58,656 bases of DNA from contig ML996691.1 in assembly GCA_010356995.1 (NCBI GenBank), positions 1,432,174 to 1,490,829 of the forward strand, in the 5' to 3' direction. The position numbers and the translations under genes were made by a program. Numbering within the stretch: position 1 is the first letter of the stretch; each line of letters starts with the position of its first letter. Shown here piece after piece: positions 12,174-23,071 of the stretch. This DNA comes from Trichodelitschia bisporula. Its lineage: Eukaryota. The notes beneath the pieces are model-generated. The model saw only the letters and a program-made list of their open reading frames with translations. It did no database searches and was not told where the DNA came from.

Positions 12174-13308
12174 TTACCTCCCCCCATCCAGCTCCGCAAC
12201 ATGCGCCGGTCTAACCGGCTCCCCCGGCACTTCCGCCACATGCTTTGGGTACTGATACCCAGGATACGGCCCCGGCAACGGTTGCCCCGGGCCACCAAAC
12301 GCATGCCCCGGCGTCGGCGGCGCCGTGCCCTGCATTTCATGCACCTGTGTCCTCGGGTCCTTCCCCTCGCCGGAGTAGAACTCCAACCCAGGCTGAGAGG
12401 CATTATCCCTCTGCGCCGCCGTGTAGGGCCTTGGCTGCGGCTGCGCCGCCCAAGCACGCATGGCGCGCTTGTGCCTTATGCAGAACACAACGATGAGGCC
12501 TGCGGCGCAGGCGTAGAGCAGCAGTATGATGATAGTGATGGCGATGACCATGACGATGGCTGCGGGGCGGCGGGCGTTGGGTGGGGTCGCGGAACTACTG
12601 GTGGGGAGGGTGGTGGATGAGCTGGAGGTGGAGGTGGTGAGGGACCCGCTGGCGCTGGTGGCGGCGCGGTTGATGATTATAGGGATGGCGGTGAGGGTGA
12701 CTAGGTCGTTGTATGTCGTCGCCATTGCGGTCCACGTGGAGGCGGAGTCCGGGGCGCACCCGTAGTCCTTGACGCCGAGGTCGGACCCTTACACATTAGC
12801 ACGGGGGTATCAAACAAGGTGTACACAGCATACACGTCCAACTCGCGCAATACGGCGCGAGGGCGAGCGAGCACACGCGGTTCGTAGACGAACACGCGCC
12901 GGTGCATCGACCCGCCGAATAGTCAGCGGCGTCGTAGCACGTGCTGATATAGTTGCAGTCCACGGTATTAAGCCGGCCGCCGAACGAAGTGCAGCACCCG
13001 GCCATGCCGGGCACGCTGCCGGACGAGGCCATCAGGACGCAGGTGCCGACGGGGCAGGTTATGGCCTGGCTGGGGCGAGTGTCGGATGGGTCGGAGTCCG
13101 AGTACCAGCCGCAAGTGTCGTACAGCGCTGTATCACGCCTGAAGAGCTCGATGGCGGGGACGGGGGCTTTGGTGGGTGCGGGAGACCAGTCTGCTGGGAG
13201 ACGCGCGTGGTGGTTTGGTGTGGTGTTTGTGGGCTCCGGGCTGGGGAACGCGAGGCCGTACGCTGAGGCGGCGAGGCTGAGCGCGCTCAGCAGGCGTGTC
13301 GCGATCAT
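12174..13308 (-). CDS. Single-pass membrane protein with signal peptide, Cys-rich ectodomain, Ser/Thr stalk, TM helix and cytoplasmic tail
   Basis: Signal peptide MIATRLLSALSLAASAYG; Cys-rich region (DTCGW, MAGCC, STCYD); intron 12788-12833 (GTATGC..CTAAT..AAG) joins the two ORFs in frame; long hydrophobic helix followed by RHKR. Confidence 0.85.
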
Positions 13309-15501
13309 GGTGAGAAATCAGATATTGCGACGCGAGTTGGGATGCAAATGAGTGAATTTGTCCGTTGGAGGGGCCGGCGCGAAAGGAATGACGGTTGAAT
13401 ACGCAATGCAAAAGAGCGACGGGCTGAAGGACGACGACGCGCGGGGGCGAGCGGGTACAATGTACATATACGGGCAGGAAATTCCCCTCCTGCAGCACGG
13501 GGCCCGAGGTTGGTGGCTGGTAGATCCGAGTCGGGATGAAACGTGACACAATGGCGTATATCACCGTTTGCTAGTGGATATTCGCCACAGCCGCTGAGGT
13601 GGGAGTTTTAGCGGAGTGGATCGTGTTGGCCAAAAATACGCCTGTGGCGTCGAGATAGGGGCACTTTTGGCGGAGAACTGATCCTAGCGCCTTGCTGCTC
13701 AAGCTAGGGGGCTTTGTTTGACCCCTGCAGGAAATTTGGCGAGGCAACGACACTTCATGTTCGATCTTTGCATGCGAACAGCACTGGCCGAGAAAAGCCG
13801 ATTATCTACAATCAGTGCATCTGTCCCAACGTGAGCTGCGCGTTGTTGTTTGAGGGTGTACTGTACTTCAAGTTACCGTTCAAAGACTCGTCGGCCTGTT
13901 GCTGCAGGTCTTCTGCCGACTTGTGTCTACGTATGCTGCAGTATGGCCAAGGAGCCAGAAGGCAAGTAGAACACCAGGCGGCAAGATGGGCGGCAAGATG
14001 CAGGGCAGGTCTAACAAGCCTCATGCTGACGATAAACCAACCGATCTTATCCCGTCCGATCTTATCAAAGGGGCGGGCTCGGGCCGACGCCTCACCGTTT
14101 TTCAAGATTGCCTGCTCCGATGCGCATCCCGTATATCTCATTGGACGCACTGTACTCGGCAGGCATTCCGAGCCTGCAGGTCGTCATCCGAGTACCAGCC
14201 TTGCGCATCTGGCCTAAAGCACAAAGTGAGGCGGGGACGCAACGTTCGCCAGAGGCCACAAGGCTGACGGGGGAGGTTGATGAAGATTTAAGGCCCGACT
14301 TGTCTCTACCCGGGCTCCTTCCCTCTTCACTGTCGTTTTCACCCCCATTTTTCCCAACCCAAACGCGATTGACCGTCACGATCGCCGAAAATGTCCATCG
14401 GAGCAAGCGGGGGCGCCACCAATCGAAGCCCCAACGGATGGTTCCTCGCCGCCGACGGGATCCGGGAGGAAGTTCTTCGGGAAGACATCAAGAGTTATCT
14501 GGGGCCCGGGGCTACATTTTCCCGTGGTTTTAACGCCGAGGTCAGTCGGTCACGCTAGGAGGAATCTTGCTGATTGCTAAAGGGCGTACCCGGGTTCTGC
14601 ATTTTCGCGATCCGAAACTTCACTCCGGTAAGCACGCTGTCTCACTCGCCGCCCGATACGCCGAACTGAGATGTGACAGGCGATGATTGAGGATCTCAAG
14701 ACAGACTCGGCCGATTATCCAGGGTACCGGTTGACGAACTATGGGCAATGAGGGATCCCTTGAGCTGGTGGTGTGTCTCGGTGCCGGACGGAGATGGCCA
14801 GAGTCGAGCCCTAGAATATAGGTCAAATTAAGTGATGTTGATGGAGATGTGCTGTTCCCACCTGGGTGGGCGGTTTACGGTTTGACGCATGTGTCCGTGA
14901 CTCGTAGAACTAATGGCTTTGTCTGATACAGTATAACCCGCCTTACCAAGATCTTGGGTGACTAAGACGACGGTTGCCTCGATGCTGCACTGATACTCAC
15001 AGCAAGCGATCAACAAGTGCTAAGAAAAGAAAGAGAAGCTCGCTGTCGCTACTCGTGTCTGATAACTGAAAACGGGTATATCACAATGACCTAAGCAGGT
15101 CGCATCCCTGAACGTAGTAAAATCCCAATGCCTTCCATACCAAGCCCTCTTACACGAAAAACAAATACACGTCTCGTCGACAGGTCTGTGAACTTGGCAG
15201 ATAAACTGGGGTTCACATGCGCGGTAGCCCACGACATGCTGTACGCAACATCTGGGATGTAAGTGACGGTGTGCGCGGCGCTGAGAAGAGCGCCGGCTGA
15301 GCGGAAAACCAAAAAAAATAAAAACCGCCTCTCGCCGACACAGGTAGCTAGAGCTCGCATGTGCGCCAGCCCAACTCCACGACATGCTCTTCGGCTGACG
15401 TCAGGCTCATCCGAGGAGTATGGAACGTGGTGCACTATATACATCACCGATTTGTTGCCGTGTGGTAAGCCGTTGCCCTGATTTATCAGCCGACAGCCGT
15501 T

Positions 15502-16739
15502 TTACAGCTGGACCTCATCGGTCGGGGTATGGGCAACGGCATTGAATGCTAGGACTCGGGCTGCTGGCCGCATTGGGCCTTGCCTTGGTCGGTTGCGCGG
15601 CGAACTCGGCCCATTGCCTATGACGTTAGTTGGATCTCGGAAGGGGTCAGGGATGCGAACCTTGGTCACGATATCCACCACTGCTTCAACTTCATCCACA
15701 AACTCGTCTAGGGACTGAGTATCGTCCTTTGGAGTCTCTACGACATGTGAATATTGTGGAGCCTCAGGACCATGTGAATCGGCTAGAGTCTCCGGGTCAT
15801 GTGGATCGTCCGGAGTCTGAGGGCTCTGCGAATCGTCTGGAGTCTGAGGGCCATGTGGATCCTCTACACTCTCAGACCTAAGCGGGTCCTTTCGGATCTC
15901 AAGGTGATGTAGGTAGGAATCCATCGCGACTTTCAAAAGAACCTCAATCTCATCAAGAAGCCCGCTTGGAAGCGGTGCGCTCCATGCACTCCTGGGGAAA
16001 GATTCATGGTTCGGATCGCAGAATACAGGTTTCGTAAGCCAAGAAGGAAAACTGTATCTGATTTTGGCTCGGCGAGCGTAGGTCGCTACGTCCAGGACAA
16101 GATTCGATCTATATTTGGGTAAACTTGAAGCTTGGGTGAAGAAGGATGGGGTGAAGGCTTATGACAGTCCGAAAGAACACTAGAGCCCAAAGGAGTATCA
16201 CCGCCCCAAAGAGCATCACAGACCGCCTTCTCCATCCTCTCCAGCCCCTCGCGGAAGGCCTCGTCAATTTTCGCAGAAAGTTCCTCAGTGCTCTTGTTGA
16301 CCTTTTCAAGCACAACCTTGAAGCCCAGGCCCATCGTCTGAATGCCATAGTGAGCCAGGAACGTGTTCACTGTACCCAAATGGATATTGAGATGCCCCTG
16401 CAGCGCCCGCACCTCGTCTTTGCGCCATACATCCCAGCTAACTTTGGCCGCCGTGCGCTTGAAGAAGGACCGCTTTCCCTTCGTATCCGTGCCCAAAATA
16501 TCCTTATAGCACGCGACCCTGCTTAAGAACTGTTCTACCGGTTGCTGGCGCTCAAAGGCAGCCTTTCGAATCTCTTTCGGAAGAAAGTTCAGTCGCGGGA
16601 GCAAGTCGAGGAGCGTCTGTAGCTGCTTGTGCACTTGTCGAAATTCAGATTCAGAGCGGCCAACATCGCGTATGGATTTGATGGCGCGGATAATGACTTG
16701 GCTGAGGGCGACAGCATCCCCGAAGGAGCTGAACGCCAT
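15502..16739 (-). CDS. Protein with a fungal STAND N-terminal (HeLo-like/SesA-like) domain, no NTPase domain, and a C-terminal 9-aa repeat
   Basis: N-terminus MAFSSFGDAVALSQVIIRAIKSIRD...SEFRQVHKQLQTL...AKVSWDVWRKDEVRALQGHL resembles this family. A possible weak 44-nt intron 16158-16201 (GTGATA..AAG) would join it to the open frame ending at 15502; otherwise it stops at 16086. Confidence 0.65.
15727..15861 (-). repeat. Coding 27-bp (9-aa) imperfect tandem repeat, about 5 copies
   Basis: DPHGPQTPD/DSQSPQTPD/DPHDPETLA/DSHGPEAPQ/YSHVVETPK; ggagtctgaggg recurs at 27-nt spacing. Confidence 0.8.
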
Positions 16740-16863
16740 CGTGGAGGTGCCCCAGTTCAGACAGCTATGGTGACGAAATTGAGGGAAAAATTGATGAAGG
16801 AAGAAGCCGCTTTAAAGTCCGCATGAGTGAAGTATCCCGCAGCGGTCAAGGTTCAGAGGCGCA

Positions 16864-16914
16864 GCCTGACTGGAGAGTACGCCTGACTGGAGAGTATGCC
16901 TGACTGGAGCGTGA
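16864..16914. repeat. 17-bp tandem repeat, 3 copies
   Basis: gcctgactggagagtac / gcctgactggagagtat / gcctgactggagcgtga, about 125 bp upstream of the HeLo-like gene. Confidence 0.9.
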
Positions 16915-17389
16915 CGTGCGTGTGAAGCCGCCTTGGTCCTCCTGGGGTCTGCATGAAGCCTGCATACGGGATGATGGATAACTGAAGCGGGACATGAGAT
17001 ACACTGAGGCACGGCTTTAAGCCGATGGTGCGTAGGACATTTCTGCCTTGTGGGGGGCAGCAATGCCTGCTCCTTTCCAGCAAGGCAGTACGTGCTTCTT
17101 GACCGGCAGCGATGGGGTTCGTCTTTGATGGATTGCGCCTGATGAGACTTCTCCGGCGTGATAGCCGCCAAGACGGCATACTTCTTTAGACCTTGACGGA
17201 GCTGTCAATCGTGAGTGCTCGCGGCTTGTCTTGAGTAACTGCAGCGATGTAAGTGCTGAGATCAGATATATCGAAGTCCACCCGGGCCGACACGAACGGT
17301 CCGTTGCCCTAGCCCGGATGGCCCGAACCAACCCCACCGTGCAGCAGACGCGCCGAAGCCGGTCCCGGCAAAAGTTTGGCATCATCCCT

Positions 17390-17481
17390 TCCTCCGTGGC
17401 GCAATTGGCTAGCGCGTCTGACTGTTATCCTCTGCGAGGATCGTAATCAGGAGGTTCCTGGTTCAAGCCCAGGCGGGGGAG
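17390..17481 (+). tRNA. tRNA-Asn (GTT) with an 18-nt intron (17428-17445)
   Basis: Acceptor stem TCCTCCG/CGGGGGA; D arm GCGC-AATTGGCTA-GCGC; anticodon stem TCTGA/TCAGG with GTT at 17424-17426; intron after base 37; T arm CCTGG-TTCAAGC-CCAGG; discriminator G. Confidence 0.95.
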
Positions 17482-17498
17482 TTCGTCGCGAGCGAATA

Positions 17499-17504
17499 TT
17501 TTTT
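17499..17504 (+). terminator. Pol III oligo-T terminator of tRNA-Asn
   Basis: T6 run 18 nt after the tRNA 3' end. Confidence 0.7.
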
Positions 17505-18177
17505 ACTTCAACGGCGTACGGTTACGAGTATGGTAGGTCGAGCGCTTGATGAAGGCTGGAAGGAAGATGAATTGGAAACTGGGGGATCTTTAGCTTGCCG
17601 GCTGATTCCTTGAAGCGCAAACCTTTTGCATCTTTTGCTCGTCTCGCTCTTGGTTTGTCGTAGCCTCTGCTCCTTGTGTGCTGGGGGTGGTTGAAGGAGT
17701 TGAGCCCAGATGAGCACCTTGTCGTCTTTGTCATCACTTCCGATAGAACGGGTCCATGATTCCACATGGAAGTCTTCCAAAAATATCGAACCGTCCACGA
17801 TGTGGAGTTGCATCATCTTTTGGTCTTGTCCTGTCGGCCGTGCTAACGAGCCAGCCCCCCACGCCAGCCGCCAGGAACACGCCACTGGGCGTGCTGACAA
17901 TGCAGCAACCCGATCATCCTCGATCCTAGCGCCAGCCGCAGAAACGTGCATCTCCGCGCGGCAACCACCAGTTCCACTACCGCCCACCACCCGATCAGAC
18001 GGCATCTGCTAGCGTGCACCAGTCAAAGCCTCGACTGCCGTGGTGCGATGCTTCATCAGCATATTTTCCATCTTCTCCGAGGAACATGCTCAATCTCGGG
18101 ATGCCGAACCTCCCCCACCGCTTCCATAAGGGGTGCTTACCATATGCCCCGCCCCGCCCTCCGGCTCGTTTTCGTCC

Positions 18178-18294
18178 CCGGCCCTTCCCGAGCGCCTCAG
18201 CCTCAGAGCCAGCCCTGCGACGAGGCGCGTGCAATTCATATTCTTCGCGATGTACGCGGAATGATGTCGTTTGGGGAAAGGCCGTCTGAGGCCG
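18178..18294. promoter_or_regulatory. Two CCG-N7-CCG (CGG-N7-CGG) motifs upstream of AOX, putative AOD2/AOD5 (AcuK/AcuM) sites
   Basis: CCGgcccttcCCG 18178-18190 and CCGtctgaggCCG 18282-18294 match the known alternative-oxidase induction motif. Confidence 0.6.
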
Positions 18295-18453
18295 TGTGAC
18301 TAACTATTGCTGAAGCAGGAAATGCTGTGCCCGGGCCGCCTATGCAGCCCCCCCCCCATTCGTTCGCTGGGATGTAGCGATGGTTGGTGAGTTCGTCGTA
18401 CCCGCTCGTATGCGCTTTGCTTCTGTAAGCCATGCGCAGCGCGCGGGCGGCGA

Positions 18454-18460
18454 TATATAA
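18454..18460 (+). promoter_or_regulatory. TATA box of AOX
   Basis: TATATAA about 100 nt upstream of ATG 18562. Confidence 0.65.
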
Positions 18461-18561
18461 GGCTGCCGGTGGGCTCACACCATGAGGGTGTTTATCGGAC
18501 ATCGGCTCTGTGCGACTTGATCTCTGTTCCACTCAATCAATATTTGTTCATCACGTTCTTC

Positions 18562-19654
18562 ATGGCGACGCACAAGCTCGTCGTTTCTCCCCTCCCTCGT
18601 GTCTTCCTCAATGGCATCACACACGCCTCCCGCCCTACCGCGGCGGTCCTCATCCAGCACCACTCGCAGCCATTCTCAACGACTCCACGCACCTCACTGA
18701 AGGAATTCTTCGTCGAACATGACCACCCGCATATCAGAAAGACGGAAGCCGCCTGGCAACATCCAATGTTCGTCCATCCCAGCCCCTGCCTTACCTCACC
18801 ACACCCCAACCACTAACACGCACACACACAGCTACACTCCCGAACAAATGGCCGCCGTCTCCATCTCCCACCGCGAAACCCGCAACATGTCCGACCGCGT
18901 CGCCCTCCTCGCCGTACGCTTCCTCCGCTCCTCGCTGGACTTCGTCTCCGGCTACCGGCACGACAAGGCCGTAGCCGACGGGACCAAAGCCGCCGGCGCC
19001 GCAACACAGGCCTTCGCCATGGACGAGAAGAAGTACCTAGTGCGCAACATCTTCCTCGAGTCCGTGGCCGGCGTGCCAGGGATGGTAGCCGGCATGCTGC
19101 GGCACCTGCACTCGATGCGGCGCATGAAGCGCGACGGCGGGTGGATCGAGACGCTCCTCGAGGAGAGCTACAACGAGCGCATGCACCTGCTCATATTTCT
19201 CAAGATGGGCGAGCCGGGCTTCTTCATGCGTGCGGCGGTGCTGGGGGCGCAGGGCGTGTTTTTCAACGCGCTGTTCTTTTCGTACCTCGTTTCGCCGCGG
19301 ACGGTGCATCGCTTCGTCGGGTACCTGGAGGAAGAAGCGGTCATCACGTATTCGCGCGAGATAGCGGATCTGGACGCGGGGAAGCTGCCGAAGTGGGAGA
19401 AGATGCGGGCGCCGGAGATTGCGGTTTCGTATTACAAGATGGCGGAGGGCAGGCAGAGTATGCGGGATTTGCTGCTGCATATCCGCGCGGACGAGGCGAA
19501 GCATCGCGAGGTGAATCACACGCTTGGGAACCTGGATCAGAAGGAGGATCCGAATCCGTATGTCAGCACGTACAAGGATGAGGGGAAGCCGCACCCTTGC
19601 AAGGATATTCGGTTCTTGAAGCCGAAGGGGTGGGAAAGGGAGGAGGTGATTTGA
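18562..19654 (+). CDS. AOX1: Mitochondrial alternative oxidase
   Basis: [41 protein letters not shown] and [13 protein letters not shown] motifs; presequence-like N-terminus; intron 18768-18831. Confidence 0.97.
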
Positions 19655-20689
19655 TGGGATGAGGGAAAAGGTTTGGCATTTAAGGTGTTGGTTCGGGGTG
19701 TGGGCGGCATTGGTGGTTGGGATACCCCCCTCTGTCGCTGTTTTCTCCTTTGTCCTCTGGGCAGCTAATTGATCCGGGCTGTGAATTTGCTGTAGACCCA
19801 ATGAAGCTCAGGTGGCCTGCATCACGATTGGCATGATCCCTCGGCTAGTTTGTCCACAGTCCTGTGCATGTCTCGTGCTAGATTCCAAGTCTTCGATGCA
19901 ACTTGCTCAGAATGACGACATACAGAAATGACGATGCACAGCATGACGCTTCTGCCTAAGCTAGGCTTCTCCAAAGAGATACAAACGAGAGCACCAACAT
20001 CTTTTCCACATCACCGGCTTCAGATGGACTGCAATTGGCTTCGCTCGTTCGTTGACATTTCGTGGCCGCAACACTTCTGCATCCTGGACGAGAGGGGTGT
20101 CCCATGACCGGGGTCCCCTGCGCCCTCCTCTGCGTGGGTTAGGGGTTAGAGATAAAACCCTTCACCGAAAAAGGCCTCTGAGAGGTCATCACTTGGTTTA
20201 GAAGGACAGCACAACTGTGTTCACCTGGCAAAGGTTCTAATCAGGACCTGGGGAGATCTTGCCTGGTGGCCAAGTTTCTGCATCAAAAACGAAAGTCGCA
20301 ATGACAACGATCTATCTCCCAAAGAAGACAAACCAATGCTCATGAGCAGCAATAACCACCATGAAAAAGAGTACAAAGAACGACCGTAAAGACCAGCGAA
20401 GGTGGCCTTGGCCTGCAGCTCTGTTTTCACTACCCCGCATTAAAAAAGCTCAGCAAGGCATGACGTGCGGGTGATGCACTTCATCCAAACGCTGCTCGAA
20501 CCTCATATTGAGAGGCTGATAAGTGCGATGCCAATAATCAGCCCCGAGAGCTGCGTGTGGCCATGGTCAGCGGATGCCAGGTATCGCTAGACTGGAAGAA
20601 GAGTACCGTCAAGGCAAAGAAGAAGCCGGGGTACCATTATAGCCAGCTGAGTGTCATGACTGCGAACCCTCCGTTCAGTCAATCCAGGG

Positions 20690-23071
20690 CTAAAACGAAG
20701 GGTGAGGACAGGTTTCTAAGGCAGAAAAGTCTTTCCAGAAAAGGCCGCATCTGCAAACAACGACAGTGTATTCTGCTTCGTGCGTATCTTTTTTCACGAT
20801 GCTACGGTACCTTGTCCTCCTCCCCACAGTACCTTCCGGGAAGTCGGCTCCGTGACAAATCTTAAAGTGTTCGAAGGCCTGTTTGAAGACGGACAACATT
20901 CTCATATGGCTGGTAACTTGATCAGACGACTTCTTGGGATTGTCGGAAGTCTTGGGGGCGGGGTGAACATGGCATTTCCCGCACCGGATAGTGAGGGGGT
21001 TACAATTATAGAGCCAAGCAACCGACTCAAGGTAATTCAAAAGTGGTTGCAGGAAATGAGTCAAACCCAAGGGGGCCAGAAGGGGTAATGCAAGTTGATG
21101 GGGAAGAAGAGAGCCCTCAAGATCGTGTTGTTTCTGAAATGCCTCAATAATTGAATTGGGCCGCATCGGCTGATCTGGTGCCCCGGGAAGTTTAGCGGTT
21201 ACGTCTCCGATAAAATCCATCTGCCATTCATCATGAGGCAAGTCGAAGTGAGGGTATTCTCTATAGGCATAAAATCCAGGGAAGCAAAAGCCTGTGCGTG
21301 TGATGATTAGATCCTGGAGAGCGACTTGGGGGCGAACATTGCCTAGCGGTATTGGGGGGAGGTTCGAGGGCGCGCTGGGAGCCGGACCGAGCGGCGCGGC
21401 GCTTGGAGTAGAGACCGTAGAGGGCCGCTGAGTAGTCGGTCCGGCTGCGAGAGTGGAGACGGCGGCGCTGGATAGCGGGGGGGCGGAACCGTAAGAGAGG
21501 TTTGAGGGCCTTATGGAAGTTGTTCCGACCGATGCGGCGCTTGAAGCAGAGGCGGTAGTGAGCGGCTGAGTAGTCGGTCCGGCACCTAGAATGGGCGCGG
21601 CAGCGCTGGATGACTGGGGTGCGGAAAAGGAAAAGGGCTTCGAGGGCCTTCGAGACGTAGGAGCGAGCAACGGCACGCTTGAAGCAGAGACCGTGGTGAG
21701 CGGCTGAGTAGTCGATCCGGCTTTTAGATTGGGGACGACGGCGCTGAATGGCAGGTGGCCGGAAGTAGCCAAAGGGTTCGAGGGCTTTACGGGAGTTCTT
21801 CCGAACGTTGCGGTGCTTGAAGCAGAGGCGGTAGTGAGCGGCTGAGCAGCTGGTTCGAGTTCTGGAATGGAAAGGGAGCCCCAGTATTCAGGGGAGAAGC
21901 GAGATGGGGAGAAGGGAGAAGAAGAGTTCTCGGTAGAGAGTTCGCCCAGATGCCTTCGTTTGGTCACTGGTACAAGTCCCTCAGCTTCTTCTTCTTCGTT
22001 TGTTGCATCTCTAACACTGTCAGATTTCCGCTTCCGGTGGCTGGAGGGCCCGGGCGGAGGGTTATTATGCGAAGGCTTATTGTGCGGAGGGCCGACAATT
22101 AGACGGTTACCGTGCGGAGGCTCCTCGTGCGGAGGGTCGTCTTGCGGAGGGTCGTCTTGCGGAGGGTCATCGCGCGGAGGGTTATCGTGGGGAGGGTCAT
22201 CCCGCGGAGGGTTATCCTTTGAAGTGTTGATAGTTGGGCACAGTGGACACTTGCCGATATCGAAGCCATAAGGCTCGTAGTTCGACGTCATGGGGATCCG
22301 GCACCGATAGTGAACGCGGTGCAAGCAGGCAAATATCACGACGTTCGGGTCGAGCGGCGCACGGCACGCCTCACAGTGTAGGGGGGCATCGAAGGGCTCG
22401 GAGTCGCTAAACATTTTCAGTGGATCCGTCAAACGTGGGATTTCGGCCCTTCCTGCCGAATCCACACGGGGTCTCGGGTTGTACTTCCCCATCTCCAGAT
22501 CCTCCTTGCGGTGGTAGTTCTCCCACCAGAGGCGGATCTCATCCTTTTGCTGTTGAATTTTCACCTCCTCCTCTCGCCGCTTCTGCTCCCGGCGCAACTG
22601 GTTCTCTCGCTGCTCCTGCTCCCAGCGCTCCCAGATCATTTGCCAGTCCAGGCCCAGCCTCTGCCCCTCGTCCGACCGGGCCTCTCGTCGCTTCCGCTCT
22701 AGGACCTTGTGGTACGCTCGCCGCTCCAGCTCGAAATCCGCCTCTTTCTTTCGCCGATTCTCGTCCCGGGGTTCCAAGTTCTCTGGCAGGCGGCGCCGAT
22801 TCTGCAGATGCTCCCACCCTGACGGAAAGTTTGGGTTGCTGGACGGGCCTAGCCGAAGCACGATAGTGCCATCCTCTTGAAGTCGACGAACCACCTGAGA
22901 AACGAGTCGGACATGATTTTTCCTGGGCTCCGTTTTAAAAGCGTGGGTGTGTGTTTGAAGGAAACGCCGTGCTTCGTTTTCCGCTGCAACTCTGCCATCG
23001 AAATATTTACTCATGCGTGGGGCTATCATGGCCGCGAAGATCGGTACACTCCGTATTTCGGGTAAAGCCAT
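20690..23071 (-). CDS. Orphan intronless protein with a coiled-coil, RING-H2 finger, Pro-rich repeats and a C-terminal Cys/His cluster
   Basis: 865-codon open frame (20690-23287; likely start MALPEIR at 23071). CEAC-x12-CLHRVHYRC-x17-CPLC at 22238-22375 fits RING-H2 spacing. Confidence 0.7.
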   Translation of the reverse strand: MALPEIRSVPIFAAMIAPRMSKYFDGRVAAENEARRFLQTHTHAFKTEPRKNHVRLVSQVVRRLQEDGTIVLRLGPSSNPNFPSGWEHLQNRRRLPENLEPRDENRRKKEADFELERRAYHKVLERKRREARSDEGQRLGLDWQMIWERWEQEQRENQLRREQKRREEEVKIQQQKDEIRLWWENYHRKEDLEMGKYNPRPRVDSAGRAEIPRLTDPLKMFSDSEPFDAPLHCEACRAPLDPNVVIFACLHRVHYRCRIPMTSNYEPYGFDIGKCPLCPTINTSKDNPPRDDPPHDNPPRDDPPQDDPPQDDPPHEEPPHGNRLIVGPPHNKPSHNNPPPGPSSHRKRKSDSVRDATNEEEEAEGLVPVTKRRHLGELSTENSSSPFSPSRFSPEYWGSLSIPELEPAAQPLTTASASSTATFGRTPVKPSNPLATSGHLPFSAVVPNLKAGSTTQPLTTVSASSVPLLAPTSRRPSKPFSFSAPQSSSAAAPILGAGPTTQPLTTASASSAASVGTTSIRPSNLSYGSAPPLSSAAVSTLAAGPTTQRPSTVSTPSAAPLGPAPSAPSNLPPIPLGNVRPQVALQDLIITRTGFCFPGFYAYREYPHFDLPHDEWQMDFIGDVTAKLPGAPDQPMRPNSIIEAFQKQHDLEGSLLPHQLALPLLAPLGLTHFLQPLLNYLESVAWLYNCNPLTIRCGKCHVHPAPKTSDNPKKSSDQVTSHMRMLSVFKQAFEHFKICHGADFPEGTVGRRTRYRSIVKKDTHEAEYTVVVCRCGLFWKDFSALETCPHPSF
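21355..21865 (-). repeat. Coding 138-bp (46-aa) imperfect tandem repeat, about 4 copies
   Basis: gcttg[a/g]ag[c/t]agag anchor near 21401, 21539, 21677 and 21815; peptide unit ..TTQPLTTASASS..PSN.. Confidence 0.85.
22110..22217 (-). repeat. Coding 15-bp (5-aa) repeat (D/N/E)PP(R/H/Q)(D/E/G), about 7 copies
   Basis: gcggagggtc-like core every 15 nt, just C-terminal of the RING finger. Confidence 0.9.

Noticed and set aside
17428..17440. Hairpin TCCTC-TGC-GAGGA in the tRNA intron as a separate RNA element
   Set aside because: Small stems in fungal tRNA introns are ordinary.
17508..18005. 165-aa minus-strand ORF next to the tRNA
   Set aside because: No motif recognised, and it overlaps the AOX upstream region.
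19905..19952. Three spaced ATGACG half-sites
   Set aside because: A short degenerate repeat downstream of AOX, not in an evident promoter.
20130..20150. Telomerase RNA template
   Set aside because: The minus strand reads CTAACCCCTAACCC with an extra C, the gap is about 1 kb (short for a Pezizomycotina TER), and no supporting structure was seen.
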